From: an uncultured delta proteobacterium
GTDB lineage: Bacteria > Myxococcota_A > Polyangia > Palsa-1104
Reading direction: 5' to 3'
NCBI GenBank assembly: GCA_963785725.1
Contig: CAWAWS010000007.1
Span: 211,186 to 275,185, forward strand
Length of the DNA: 64,000 nt
Shown: piece by piece, positions 12,019 through 21,846 of the stretch
How the letters are laid out: every line of letters begins with the position of its first letter
How positions within the stretch are numbered: the first letter of the stretch is position 1
The notes under the pieces: generated by a model
Told to the model about the DNA's origin: nothing
What the model saw: the letters and a program-made list of their open reading frames with translations, nothing else
Databases searched by the model: none
Made by a program: the position numbers and the translations under genes

Positions 12019-12993
12019 CTAAAACTGCGCGGTTTGCTTGATCGCCAGCGCCACGCGATCCGGCGACGGCAAGTATTCGTTCTCGAGCGTATACGGAAAC
12101 GGCGTGTCGAAGCCGGCGACGCGCGCGATCGGCGCCTCCAGCGACATCAGCGCCTTCTCGGCGATCAGCGCCGCCAGCTCGGCACCGTAGCCGCACGTCT
12201 TCGGCGCTTCGTGCGCGATGACGACGCGTCCGGTCTTGCGCACCGACGTCAAGATCGTCTCGGTATCGAGCGGCAAGAGCGTCCGCAAATCGATGATCTC
12301 GGGATCGAAGCCGTCTTTTTCCGCGAGCTGCGCCGCTTCCAAGCAGGTGTGCACCATCGCGCCGTAGCACAAAAGCGTCACTTGCGCGCCCGGCCGCACG
12401 ACTTTCGCCTTGCCCAGCTCGACGACATATTCACCGTCGGGAACTTCACCTTTGGCCGCGCGATAGACCCGCTTCGGCTCCATGAAGATCACCGGATCTT
12501 CGCCGCGCATCGCCGCCGTCAATAAGCCCTTGGCGTCGTAAGGATTCGACGGCACGACGACCTTCAGCCCCGGCGTGTGCACGAAATAGGCTTCGGGCGA
12601 CTGCGAGTGATAATGGCCGCCGCGAATGCCGCCGCCGTACGGCGTGCGAATGACGACCGGGCACGGATACTGACCGCCCGAGCGATAACGAAATTTCGCC
12701 AGCTCGTTCACGATCTGGTCGTACGCGGGATAGATGAAGTCGGCGAACTGGATCTCGGGCACCGGCCGCAAACCGTAGAGCGCCATGCCGATGGCCGAGC
12801 CGATGATGCCCGCTTCGGCGAGCGGCGTGTCGAAGACGCGCTCGGCGCCGAACTCCTCGTACAGCCCGCTCGTGGCGCGGAAGACGCCGCCGAACTTGCC
12901 TACGTCCTCGCCGAGCACGACGACGCGCGGATCTTTGCGCATCTGCAAGCGGAGCGCGTCGTTGACGGCCTGAATGATGTTCCAAACGGGCAT
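12019..12993 (-). CDS. 2-oxoacid dehydrogenase E1 beta subunit
   Basis: 324 aa. MPVWNIIQAVNDALR...VVLGEDVGKFGGVFRAT..., transketolase-like pyrimidine-binding and C-terminal domains. Confidence 0.92.
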   Translation of the reverse strand: MPVWNIIQAVNDALRLQMRKDPRVVVLGEDVGKFGGVFRATSGLYEEFGAERVFDTPLAEAGIIGSAIGMALYGLRPVPEIQFADFIYPAYDQIVNELAKFRYRSGGQYPCPVVIRTPYGGGIRGGHYHSQSPEAYFVHTPGLKVVVPSNPYDAKGLLTAAMRGEDPVIFMEPKRVYRAAKGEVPDGEYVVELGKAKVVRPGAQVTLLCYGAMVHTCLEAAQLAEKDGFDPEIIDLRTLLPLDTETILTSVRKTGRVVIAHEAPKTCGYGAELAALIAEKALMSLEAPIARVAGFDTPFPYTLENEYLPSPDRVALAIKQTAQF

Positions 12994-12996
12994 TCG

Positions 12997-14184
12997 CTAA
13001 TGTCCTCCGTGACCCGGTTTGGCGCGCGGCAACGCCAGCAGCTCCGCCTTTTGCTCGACGAGATGCGGCGGCAGCTCGGCGAAGACGTCGTCGAACAGCG
13101 TGTCGACATCGGGATTCTCGAGCTCGCCCGCCTGCTTTACCGCGACGGCAATCTCGTCCGTCAATTCGCCGACGAGCCGCTCGTGCAGCGCCTCGTTCCA
13201 GATGCCGCGCTGCTCGAGGTGACGCCGCCAGCGCTCGAGCGGATCGTTCTGTTCCCACTTCTTCGGCTCGGCCGCGTCGCGATAGGCCGCCTGATCGTCC
13301 GCCGACGAATGCTCGCCGCGACGATAGGTGACCGCTTCGATCAACGTCGGTCCGTGTCCGGCGCGCGCGCGCGCGACCGCGTCCTGCATGACCGCGATGA
13401 CGGCGAGCAGATCGTTGCCGTCGACGCGAATGCCCGGCATGCCGTACGCGTGCGCCTTGACGGCGATCGTCTTGGCGGCCGTCTGCTGGCTGCCCGGCGT
13501 CGAGATGGCCCAGCCGTTGTTGCGGCAGAAGAAGATGCACGGCGCCTTGAAGACGTTGGCGAAGTTGAGCCCGACATGAAACTGCCCGGTCGAGGTCGCG
13601 CCTTCGCCGAAGTAGACGAGCGCGAGGTCGTCCTTCTTGGCGATCTTGGCGCCCATCGCCATGCCCGTCGCTTGCGGAATCTGTGTCCCGACCGGCGACG
13701 AGATCGACACGATATTCAGCCAATTAGCCGAGTGATGCACCGGCATCTGGCGACCTTTGATGGGATCGGCCGCGTTGCCGAACAGCTGATTGGTGTACTG
13801 CTCGATGCTGTAGCCGCGCCAAAAGAACACGCCCGGCTCGCGATACGACGGGAAGATCCAGTCGCGCGCCTCGAGCGCGTAGGCGCCGCCGAAGTGCGTG
13901 GCCTCTTCTCCCGTCGACGACATGTAAAAGCCGAGCCGGCCTTGGCGCTGCAGCTTCATCATGCGGTCGTCGACGAGCCGCACTTGCAGCATGCCGCGAT
14001 AGAGCGCGAGCGCGGCCACGTCCGGCACGCTGGGCGCATCGGCGCCGGGACGAATCGAGCCGTCGTCCATAAGCAGCGAGAACAGCGGGGAATCTTCGCG
14101 ATTCTCGGTGGCGCTCGGCGCTGGCTGTCCCTTCACCCGCATCGGCTCATTCCAGTCATGCCGTCGCGGTAGTAACTGCTCCAT
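12997..14184 (-). CDS. 2-oxoacid dehydrogenase E1 alpha subunit (branched-chain type)
   Basis: GEGATSTGQFHVGLNFANVFKAPCIFFCRNNGWAIST and YRRGEHSSADDQAAYR. The start is uncertain (ATG 14184, or ATG 14142 giving MRVKGQ). Confidence 0.88.
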   Translation of the reverse strand: MEQLLPRRHDWNEPMRVKGQPAPSATENREDSPLFSLLMDDGSIRPGADAPSVPDVAALALYRGMLQVRLVDDRMMKLQRQGRLGFYMSSTGEEATHFGGAYALEARDWIFPSYREPGVFFWRGYSIEQYTNQLFGNAADPIKGRQMPVHHSANWLNIVSISSPVGTQIPQATGMAMGAKIAKKDDLALVYFGEGATSTGQFHVGLNFANVFKAPCIFFCRNNGWAISTPGSQQTAAKTIAVKAHAYGMPGIRVDGNDLLAVIAVMQDAVARARAGHGPTLIEAVTYRRGEHSSADDQAAYRDAAEPKKWEQNDPLERWRRHLEQRGIWNEALHERLVGELTDEIAVAVKQAGELENPDVDTLFDDVFAELPPHLVEQKAELLALPRAKPGHGGH

Positions 14185-14234
14185 AGTCTTAAGTCAAGGC
14201 GACAAGCGCCGATAAAGATTGCGCATTGCGTTAG

Positions 14235-14978
14235 CTACGGCGACGGGTAGCAAGTCGCGTCGAGGAGCTCGGGACGATACTCGAAATGCATGGTGTCGAA
14301 GTGGCTCCAGCGACCGCCCCAAATGAATCCTTCGGCCTCGAACGCGTCGACGATCGCCTGCGGGATCTGGTTGCGCCAGCCGTTCTTCTCCCAGCGCCAG
14401 TAGTTGCTCAGCGCCGGGTTGATGTCGATGGCGATGCCCCACGAGTGCGCGCTCGGCCGATCGGTGCCGGCGATGTTGCGCTCGTTGAGCGTGCCGCCGA
14501 GCTTCGCCAGAAACGGGCGCAGCGTGGGGTCGGCTTCCTGCGCCTTTTGCAGCCGCGCCGCGACGCGCGCGAACGCCGGCGCCGCGCGCTCGTGCACTTG
14601 CGCTTTGTGGCCGAGAAAATCGACCCGAACAATTCCTGTCTTGGGGCCGCGCTTGGGATACGCCGCGCGCAAGAGCGGATCGAGCCGCACGCGACCGGGA
14701 TCCCAATCGGCGACGGTCACGGGCGCGATCGGTCCCGGCTGATAGCGCTGCAGGAACAGGTCGGCGACGTCGGGATGCTCGAGCCGCTCGTCGGCCGTCT
14801 TCGTCAGCCCGTCGTGCAGTGGGAGCTTGGTGCCGTCGGGCAGCTGCAGCGCGTCCGGCAGCGCGGTCACGCCGTAATAGCGCGCCAGACAGGCGAGCGG
14901 CGCCGGGATCGTCGCCTCATTCACGACGCCGGGAAGCAAAAGCCAGCCGCGCAGTATCAATGATATCGTGACCACCAT
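14235..14978 (-). CDS. M15 family zinc metallopeptidase (D-Ala-D-Ala carboxypeptidase/VanY-like fold)
   Basis: C-terminal SAHSWGIAIDINP...GFIWGGRWSHFDTMHFEY matches the H-x6-D ... H zinc ligand pattern of M15 peptidases. The only ATG start (14978) overlaps the divergent gene's start. Confidence 0.65.
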   Translation of the reverse strand: MVVTISLILRGWLLLPGVVNEATIPAPLACLARYYGVTALPDALQLPDGTKLPLHDGLTKTADERLEHPDVADLFLQRYQPGPIAPVTVADWDPGRVRLDPLLRAAYPKRGPKTGIVRVDFLGHKAQVHERAAPAFARVAARLQKAQEADPTLRPFLAKLGGTLNERNIAGTDRPSAHSWGIAIDINPALSNYWRWEKNGWRNQIPQAIVDAFEAEGFIWGGRWSHFDTMHFEYRPELLDATCYPSP

Positions 14979-15975
14979 GAGCCGTGCCCTCGTCGTTGCG
15001 TGTGCGCTGGGCTTTACGACTGCCGCGGCGCGCGCGGAGCAACCTTATACGCCGGCGCCGGTGGAATCCGTGCCCGGCTATTTCGCGCTGCCGATGCCGT
15101 GCAAGATCAGCGAAGGCAACGAGCGGCAAGTCGTCGAGTGCAAAGATCAGCTGCTCGAGAAGAAGTCGCTGCGCGAGCTGTCGATCGCGCGCAATACGAT
15201 CTACGCGCGTTACGGCTGGGACGGCTATCGCAAGCCGTGGCTGCGCGAGTATTTCCACGCGCAGCCGTGGTTCAAGCCGAACCCGAAGTTCAGCTACAAG
15301 CAGCTGAGCGACTTCGATCGCAAGAACGCGCACTTCATCGGCGTACGCGAGCAGTCGCTGGGCTCGACGGAGCTGTATCACATGCGCGACGACATCTACG
15401 CGCATTACGGCCGCATCTGGGACGACTTGCCGGAGTGGACGCTCAAGAACGGCAAGGTCGTGCGCGCGTGCGATCGGCCGGACGACATCGACCCGAGCGC
15501 CGGTTACAACGACGAGGATCAGCCGAGCCGGCAGTGCGAGTACCTGCAGACGAAGTGGTACAAGCCGAACAAGCACTATTCGCCCGATCAGATCTCGGCC
15601 ACCGACAAGATCGAGCTCGGCCTCATCGCGCGGGCGATGGGCGAGTTCGCGCTCGACGAGCAGGCGCGCGGCAAGAGCGAGGCGTCACTCGATCGGCTGC
15701 TGACGCTGACCGAGCTCCGGCAGCTGTCGTTGCGCGATCTGCGGCTCCTGCGCAACACGATCTACGCGCGCCGCGGTCGCCCGTTCAAGTCCGAGGTCAT
15801 TCGCGATCACTTCAAGGGCATGGATTGGTACAAGGCTCGCGCCGACTACAACGACAAGCTGTTGAGCGCCAATGACGTCCGCAACATCGGCCTCATCAAG
15901 ACCGTCGAGAACGAGCTGGGCGGGCCGCTCACCGACGAGGATTGGCTGACCGAGCCAGTCAGCGACGGCGCTTGA
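14977..15975 (+). CDS. secreted protein with three YARHG domains
   Basis: Signal peptide MSRALVVACALGFTTAAARA. Three copies of the YARHG signature: RNTIYARYGW, RDDIYAHYGRIW, RNTIYARRGRPF. Confidence 0.75.
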   Translation: MSRALVVACALGFTTAAARAEQPYTPAPVESVPGYFALPMPCKISEGNERQVVECKDQLLEKKSLRELSIARNTIYARYGWDGYRKPWLREYFHAQPWFKPNPKFSYKQLSDFDRKNAHFIGVREQSLGSTELYHMRDDIYAHYGRIWDDLPEWTLKNGKVVRACDRPDDIDPSAGYNDEDQPSRQCEYLQTKWYKPNKHYSPDQISATDKIELGLIARAMGEFALDEQARGKSEASLDRLLTLTELRQLSLRDLRLLRNTIYARRGRPFKSEVIRDHFKGMDWYKARADYNDKLLSANDVRNIGLIKTVENELGGPLTDEDWLTEPVSDGA

Positions 15976-16011
15976 TGAGCGCCAACCGCTCCGTGTGAGC
16001 GGCTCGTGAAG

Positions 16012-16926
16012 TCAGCGTAAGCGAAGGCGATCGCCGTCGCCTGCATGTTCGATCGTCACGTCGCTGCCGAGATCGTGCGACAGCTGCAGGAGGAGCGCGG
16101 TCAAGCCGGGGTCGTGCGCGCGGCGCGGCGGCTGGCCGAGGCCGGCCACGAGCGGCGTCAGCGTGACGTCACGCGCGGCGCCGTCGCCGTCGAGCGCGAA
16201 GTCGAGCATGACGGCGTCGCTGACGTCGGTGCACGCGCAGCCGAAGGCGAAGTTGCCGAGCGAGTAGGCGATGACGGCGCGGCCGCGGCGTTCGATCCCT
16301 TGCGCCGTGTGCGGGCCGTGGCCGATGACGGCGCTGGCGCCGGCGTCGACGAGCCGCGCGGCCAAGCGGCGCTGGGCGTCGTCGGGCACGTAGAGGCCGG
16401 TGTGACCCCAATGCAGCGACACGAGCGTCGGTCGCGCGGCGTGCGCGACGGCGGCGACGAGCGCGTCGGCCGCGGCGTCATCCAGCGGCGCCTCGGGCGC
16501 GAATTGGCGGGTGATGATGGTGACGCGCCGGCCGCGCCGAACGATGACGGCGTCGCGGCTTTCGTAAGCCGCGGCGACGCCGGCTCGGGCGAGCGCGCGC
16601 ACGGTGTCGTCGCGGCCGGCGGCGCCCTGGTCGAGCGCGTGATTGTTGGCGAGCGCCACGACATCGACGCGCTCACGCAGCCACTCGGCACGCTCGGGCG
16701 CAAACACAAAGCAATCGTCGGCGCCCGAGCCGACCGACCGGCGCGTCGTCAGCGGGCCTTCCAGGTTCACGAAACGAACGTCACCGACGAGTAGGCGTTC
16801 GGCGAACGGCGACGTCGTCAACGTCGGGCCCAGCTGCACGTCGCCCGCGGCCGCGACGTGCAGCGGCTTGGCCGCGCAACCGGCGACGGCGAGCGCCATC
16901 GTGCAGGCGATCGATGCTATGGTCAC
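16012..16926 (-). CDS. CapA/PGA_cap family metallophosphatase-like lipoprotein
   Basis: AAGDVQLGP...VRFVNLEGPL...VALANNHALDQG...LVSLHWGHTG...VIGHGPHTAQG...AYSLGNFAF motifs. GTG 16926 gives MTIASIACTMALAVAGC (lipobox); ATG 16899 is an alternative start. Confidence 0.8.
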   Translation of the reverse strand: MTIASIACTMALAVAGCAAKPLHVAAAGDVQLGPTLTTSPFAERLLVGDVRFVNLEGPLTTRRSVGSGADDCFVFAPERAEWLRERVDVVALANNHALDQGAAGRDDTVRALARAGVAAAYESRDAVIVRRGRRVTIITRQFAPEAPLDDAAADALVAAVAHAARPTLVSLHWGHTGLYVPDDAQRRLAARLVDAGASAVIGHGPHTAQGIERRGRAVIAYSLGNFAFGCACTDVSDAVMLDFALDGDGAARDVTLTPLVAGLGQPPRRAHDPGLTALLLQLSHDLGSDVTIEHAGDGDRLRLR

Positions 16927-16932
16927 GACGCG

Positions 16933-17508
16933 ATGGAGCTCATCGTTCTCGGCTTGGTCGCCGGCATCGGCTTCGCGTCCTACGCGCTCTGGCAAAAGGC
17001 GCGCAAGGACGAGGGCGAGGCGTTGACCGCCGAGAAGAAGCGGCTGCAAGCGCCCGCCGATCGCTCGCCGACGACGATGCAAGTGGGCGACGTCGTCCAG
17101 CACCTCGGCAGCGACTTCGTCGTCGAGGGCATCGTCACCTTCAGCGAAGACGGCCACGGCGCGCGGCTCTATCGCATGTTCGACGGCGGCGGCGAGCGCT
17201 TCTTGTTCGCCAAGCCCGGCGGCGGCGACCCGCTCTTGCTCGGCCCGGCGGTCATCGCCATCGACGGCGACCCGCCCGAAGCGCTCAGCCACGACGGCGG
17301 TGCCTACCGCTTGACCGCGCGCATGCAGGGCTCGGCCATCCGCGTCGGTCAGCTCGGCGCGCGCAAGCCGGGCGACAAAGCGCGCCTCTTCGAATACGCC
17401 GGTCCCGGCCCGGCGCGGCTCCTCCTCGTCGACTGGGGCGAGCGCGTCGAAGCCTTCGCCGGCGAGCGCATCTTGACCCACGCGCTCGACATCCTCCCCG
17501 GCCGCTGA
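16933..17508 (+). CDS. N-terminal TM protein with a DUF4178-like domain
   Basis: MELIVLGLVAGIGFASYALW TM segment, followed by MQVGDVVQHLGSDFVVEGIVTF...RLYRMFDGGGERFLF, which resembles the DUF4178 pattern. The assignment is by eye only. Confidence 0.5.
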   Translation: MELIVLGLVAGIGFASYALWQKARKDEGEALTAEKKRLQAPADRSPTTMQVGDVVQHLGSDFVVEGIVTFSEDGHGARLYRMFDGGGERFLFAKPGGGDPLLLGPAVIAIDGDPPEALSHDGGAYRLTARMQGSAIRVGQLGARKPGDKARLFEYAGPGPARLLLVDWGERVEAFAGERILTHALDILPGR

Positions 17509-17514
17509 CGTCCG

Positions 17515-18030
17515 TCAGCGCGGCCGGTTGGGTCCGCCGACGAGATGCAGCTCCAGCTCGTTGTAAGCCTGGGTCAGCGACATCGTCAGCTGCGTCGCCG
17601 TCTTGTGCTTCTGCGGATTGCCGATGTGCAGGTCGGGATGATATTTGCGCATCAGCCGGCGAAACGACGTCTTCACCTCGGCAAACGGCGCGCCGTACGG
17701 CGTCTCCAGCTGCGCATAGAGCTCGCGCAGCCGCTTGTCCGAGGGCCCGAAGCCGAACCCGAACGACGGCGGGATCTTCCGCTGTTGCTGCTGCTGCCGC
17801 GGTGGCGGCGCCGTGCCGTTGGCCGCGCCGCGCGCCCGGGCCGTGTCGGCCGCGCGCTGCGCCGCCGCGCGCTCTTCGTCCTCGCGCCGCCGGCGCTCGC
17901 GCCGCCGCTGCAGCTCGGCCTCGAGCTCGTCGTCGCTCAAGTCGCCGATCGACGTCTCGCCGCCCGCCTTGTCGAGCAGCGCGTTCAAATTCGAGCGCGC
18001 CAGATCGAAGATGCGCTTGCTCAAGCTCAT
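17515..18030 (-). CDS. J-domain protein with a PspA/IM30-like N-terminal helix
   Basis: C-terminal LRELYAQLETPYGAPFAEVKTSFRRLMRKYHPDL (J domain with HPD). The N-terminal MSLSKRIFDLARSNLNALLDKA closely resembles the first helix of PspA ([22 protein letters not shown]). A charged linker lies in the middle. Confidence 0.75.
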   Translation of the reverse strand: MSLSKRIFDLARSNLNALLDKAGGETSIGDLSDDELEAELQRRRERRRREDEERAAAQRAADTARARGAANGTAPPPRQQQQQRKIPPSFGFGFGPSDKRLRELYAQLETPYGAPFAEVKTSFRRLMRKYHPDLHIGNPQKHKTATQLTMSLTQAYNELELHLVGGPNRPR

Positions 18031-18391
18031 CGGCGCGAGCTCGCAGCCGACGACATCGTCACCGTCGTGCGCTCGATGCGCTCTTTGACCGCCCGGCCGA
18101 TCAGCTTGACCGACTCCGGCGACAGCCCGCGAAACGCGACGCCCATGCCGAGCGGCCGCTGACTGCAGCGCACCACCTCGCCCGCCGCCTCGACGACGTG
18201 CAGCTCGTCGAGGATCAGGCTGAACTTCAAATTCACCCGCGTCCCCACCGGCAGCGGATCCTTGGACTTGATGAACACGCCCGTCGACGAGATATCGGCC
18301 ACATACTCGTTGATGTACGCTTCCACCGGCGCGAACTCCTCGTTGATGGGTACGCGCCTCGCCCGCGGAATCTGCCTCGGCGGGGACTCTT

Positions 18392-18395
<4 letters not shown>
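18027..18395 (-). CDS. PilZ domain protein
   Basis: RARRVPINEEF...EYVADISSTGVFIKSKDPLPVGTRVNLKFSL...GMGVAF matches the PilZ pattern RxxxR ... D/NxSxxG. GTG start at 18395 overlaps the rng stop (GTGA). Its stop overlaps the J-domain gene's ATG (ATGA). Confidence 0.7.
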
Positions 18396-19961
<1,566 letters not shown>

Positions 19962-20125
19962 GTTTCATCCAATCTCTAGAAGCAGAGTCTATGCAAAAAG
20001 TTTCGCGCCCCATCGTGAATCAGGACTCGGATGTCAGAGCGATCGGAGGGCGCAACCGTGATCGCCCTATTCGGGTAACACGTTAAGCCGCGTCGAACAA
20101 GCGTTTTACCGTCTTCGCCGTAGGG

Positions 20126-20141
20126 TGGCACATGCGTTGCT
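20126..20141 (+). promoter_or_regulatory. sigma-54 (-24/-12) promoter
   Basis: TGGCACATGCGTTGCT is an exact match to TGGCAC-N5-TTGCW. It sits in a 398-bp lower-GC intergenic region. An inverted repeat GCGATC-N15-GATCGC (20039-20065) about 75 bp upstream could be an activator site. Confidence 0.6.
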
Positions 20142-20151
20142 CTACACCCTG

Positions 20152-20316
20152 GCAATTGCAGCTTCGTTCGGGCGTTATTCTCGACTAACTCCGCCCGGGC
20201 GTAAGCGAATTCTTAGCCGCAGTCGCGTAGCAGCAACCTGCGATCTATTTCCTAGTTTGCTTTCTAGTTTGGGAGCCCTGGCGGGTCGGACCACTCGCCG
20301 GGGCTCACTCATTTTT
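20152..20316 (+). ncRNA. candidate sigma-54-dependent small RNA or 5' leader (about 165 nt)
   Basis: Bounded by the sigma-54 promoter (TSS predicted near 20152) and the hairpin plus T-run ending at 20316. GC is lower than in the coding flanks. It contains no credible ORF. Confidence 0.4.
20273..20316 (+). terminator. putative intrinsic terminator
   Basis: GAGCCCTGGCG (20273-83) pairs with CGCCGGGGCTC (20296-306): 11 bp including one G-U. It is followed by ACTCATTTTT. The T-run is offset 5 nt from the stem. Confidence 0.45.
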
Positions 20317-20359
20317 GGGGCTCGCGTTTGTGCCGCGGCTTGATAAGGTCCGCGGCCAC

Positions 20360-21328
20360 ATGCGAATCCTTCTGACTGGCGCGACCGGCTTTGTGGGCTC
20401 GCACGTGGCGCGGGCATTGGTGGCGGCGGGGCATCAGGTTCGCGCGCTGGCGCGGCCGACGTCTTCGCGGGCGCTGCTCGACGACGTGCCCGAGCTCGAG
20501 TGGGTGACCGGCGACGTCATGGACTCGCCGTCGCTGACGGCGGCCGTGCGCGATCGCGAGGCGGTGGTGCACGCGGCGGCGGTCGTCGGCTTCTCGCCGC
20601 GCGCGGCCGAGCGGCAGCGCGCCATCAACGTCGAAGGCACGCGCCGCCTCATCGACGCGGCCAAAGCGGCGGGCGTGCAGCGCTTCGTGCACACGTCGTC
20701 GGTGTCGGCGGTCGGCAAGACGCCCGAAGGCTCGATCTCCGACGAGACGGCGCGCTACGACTGGCCGCCGGGCATGCCCTACAACGAGACCAAGCGCGAC
20801 TCCGAGCGGCTGGTGCAGAAGACCGAAGGGCTGACGACGATCTGCTTGAGCCCGGCCTTGGTGTTCGGCCCCGGCGACGTCTTCAAGCGCACGCTGGGCC
20901 TGTTTCGGCTGGTGAAGTGGGGCCTATTGCCGGTCGTGCCGCCGGGCGGAACGACGATCTGCGACGTGCGCGACGTGGCCGAAGCGCACGTGAGCGCGCT
21001 GACGCAGGGAGAATCGGGCCAGCGCTACATTCTCGGCGGTCCGCACCTGACGTTCCGCCAGCTGGCGACGACGGTGGCGGAAGTGACCGGCGGGGCGCGG
21101 CCGTTGGCGGCGTTGCCGGCGAGCGTCGTGCACGCCGTCGAGGTGCCGCTGGCGGCGATCGGGCGCTTCTTGCCGCTGCCCGTCGGCGTCGGCACGCTCG
21201 AATATCTGACGAACTTCGGCTATTACGCGTCGGCGAAGGCGGAAGCGGCGCTCGGCTATCGCACGCGCGCCGCCGCCGAGACGCTCGCCGATTCCGCGCG
21301 CTGGTACGGCGCGCAAGGCGTGCTGTAA
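20360..21328 (+). CDS. NAD-dependent epimerase/dehydratase family (extended SDR) protein
   Basis: MRILLTGATGFVGSHVARAL (GxxGxxG). YNETK matches the catalytic YxxxK. Confidence 0.8.
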   Translation: MRILLTGATGFVGSHVARALVAAGHQVRALARPTSSRALLDDVPELEWVTGDVMDSPSLTAAVRDREAVVHAAAVVGFSPRAAERQRAINVEGTRRLIDAAKAAGVQRFVHTSSVSAVGKTPEGSISDETARYDWPPGMPYNETKRDSERLVQKTEGLTTICLSPALVFGPGDVFKRTLGLFRLVKWGLLPVVPPGGTTICDVRDVAEAHVSALTQGESGQRYILGGPHLTFRQLATTVAEVTGGARPLAALPASVVHAVEVPLAAIGRFLPLPVGVGTLEYLTNFGYYASAKAEAALGYRTRAAAETLADSARWYGAQGVL

Positions 21329-21329
21329 A

Positions 21330-21776
21330 TCAGTGGCTTTGGCCGAGGCGCGTCAGTAGGACGAGCGCGCCCGACACGAGCGCGACGGCGATGCCGCTGA
21401 ACAGCACGTCGTGCGGATCGGCGTGCGTCTCGAGACGCTCGAGGAACGACACCGCCATCGCCAAGATCACGATGCCGGCCACCTTCGCCTTCAGCGCGTC
21501 GAGGTCGCGAATGACGAGCCAGCTCGGCAGCGCGATGTCGCCGATGAACAGCTCGTAGAGCCCGAGCGCGAAGATGAGCAGGCCCGACGCGATCAAGAAC
21601 GCGTCCATGACGGCGACGAGCGCGACCGCCATGCTGTCGACTTCGCCGTGGAGGAGCAGGAAGAGCACGGCGACCGTCTTGTAGCTGCCCCAGCCGAAAG
21701 CGGCCAGCGCGGCCACGAGGCCGAAGACGACGCCGATGAGGGCGATGTAGCGAACAGAGGCGATGACGCGTCCCAT
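21330..21776 (-). CDS. YqhA/UPF0114-like small membrane protein
   Basis: 148 aa with 4 hydrophobic segments. The N-terminal SVRYIALIGVVFGLVAAL resembles the YqhA family. Confidence 0.5.
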   Translation of the reverse strand: MGRVIASVRYIALIGVVFGLVAALAAFGWGSYKTVAVLFLLLHGEVDSMAVALVAVMDAFLIASGLLIFALGLYELFIGDIALPSWLVIRDLDALKAKVAGIVILAMAVSFLERLETHADPHDVLFSGIAVALVSGALVLLTRLGQSH

Positions 21777-21846
21777 GCGCGTTCAGCCTAAGCTTGGATT
21801 GTGGCGGGGGCTACTTTCGCGGGCGGATGTTTCGGGAATCGCGGGA

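Noticed and set aside
15985-16003. Short hairpin CCGCTC-CGTGT-GAGCGG between the convergent YARHG and CapA genes, considered as a terminator.
   Set aside because: It has only a 6-bp stem and no U-run on either strand. This is too weak to report as a feature.
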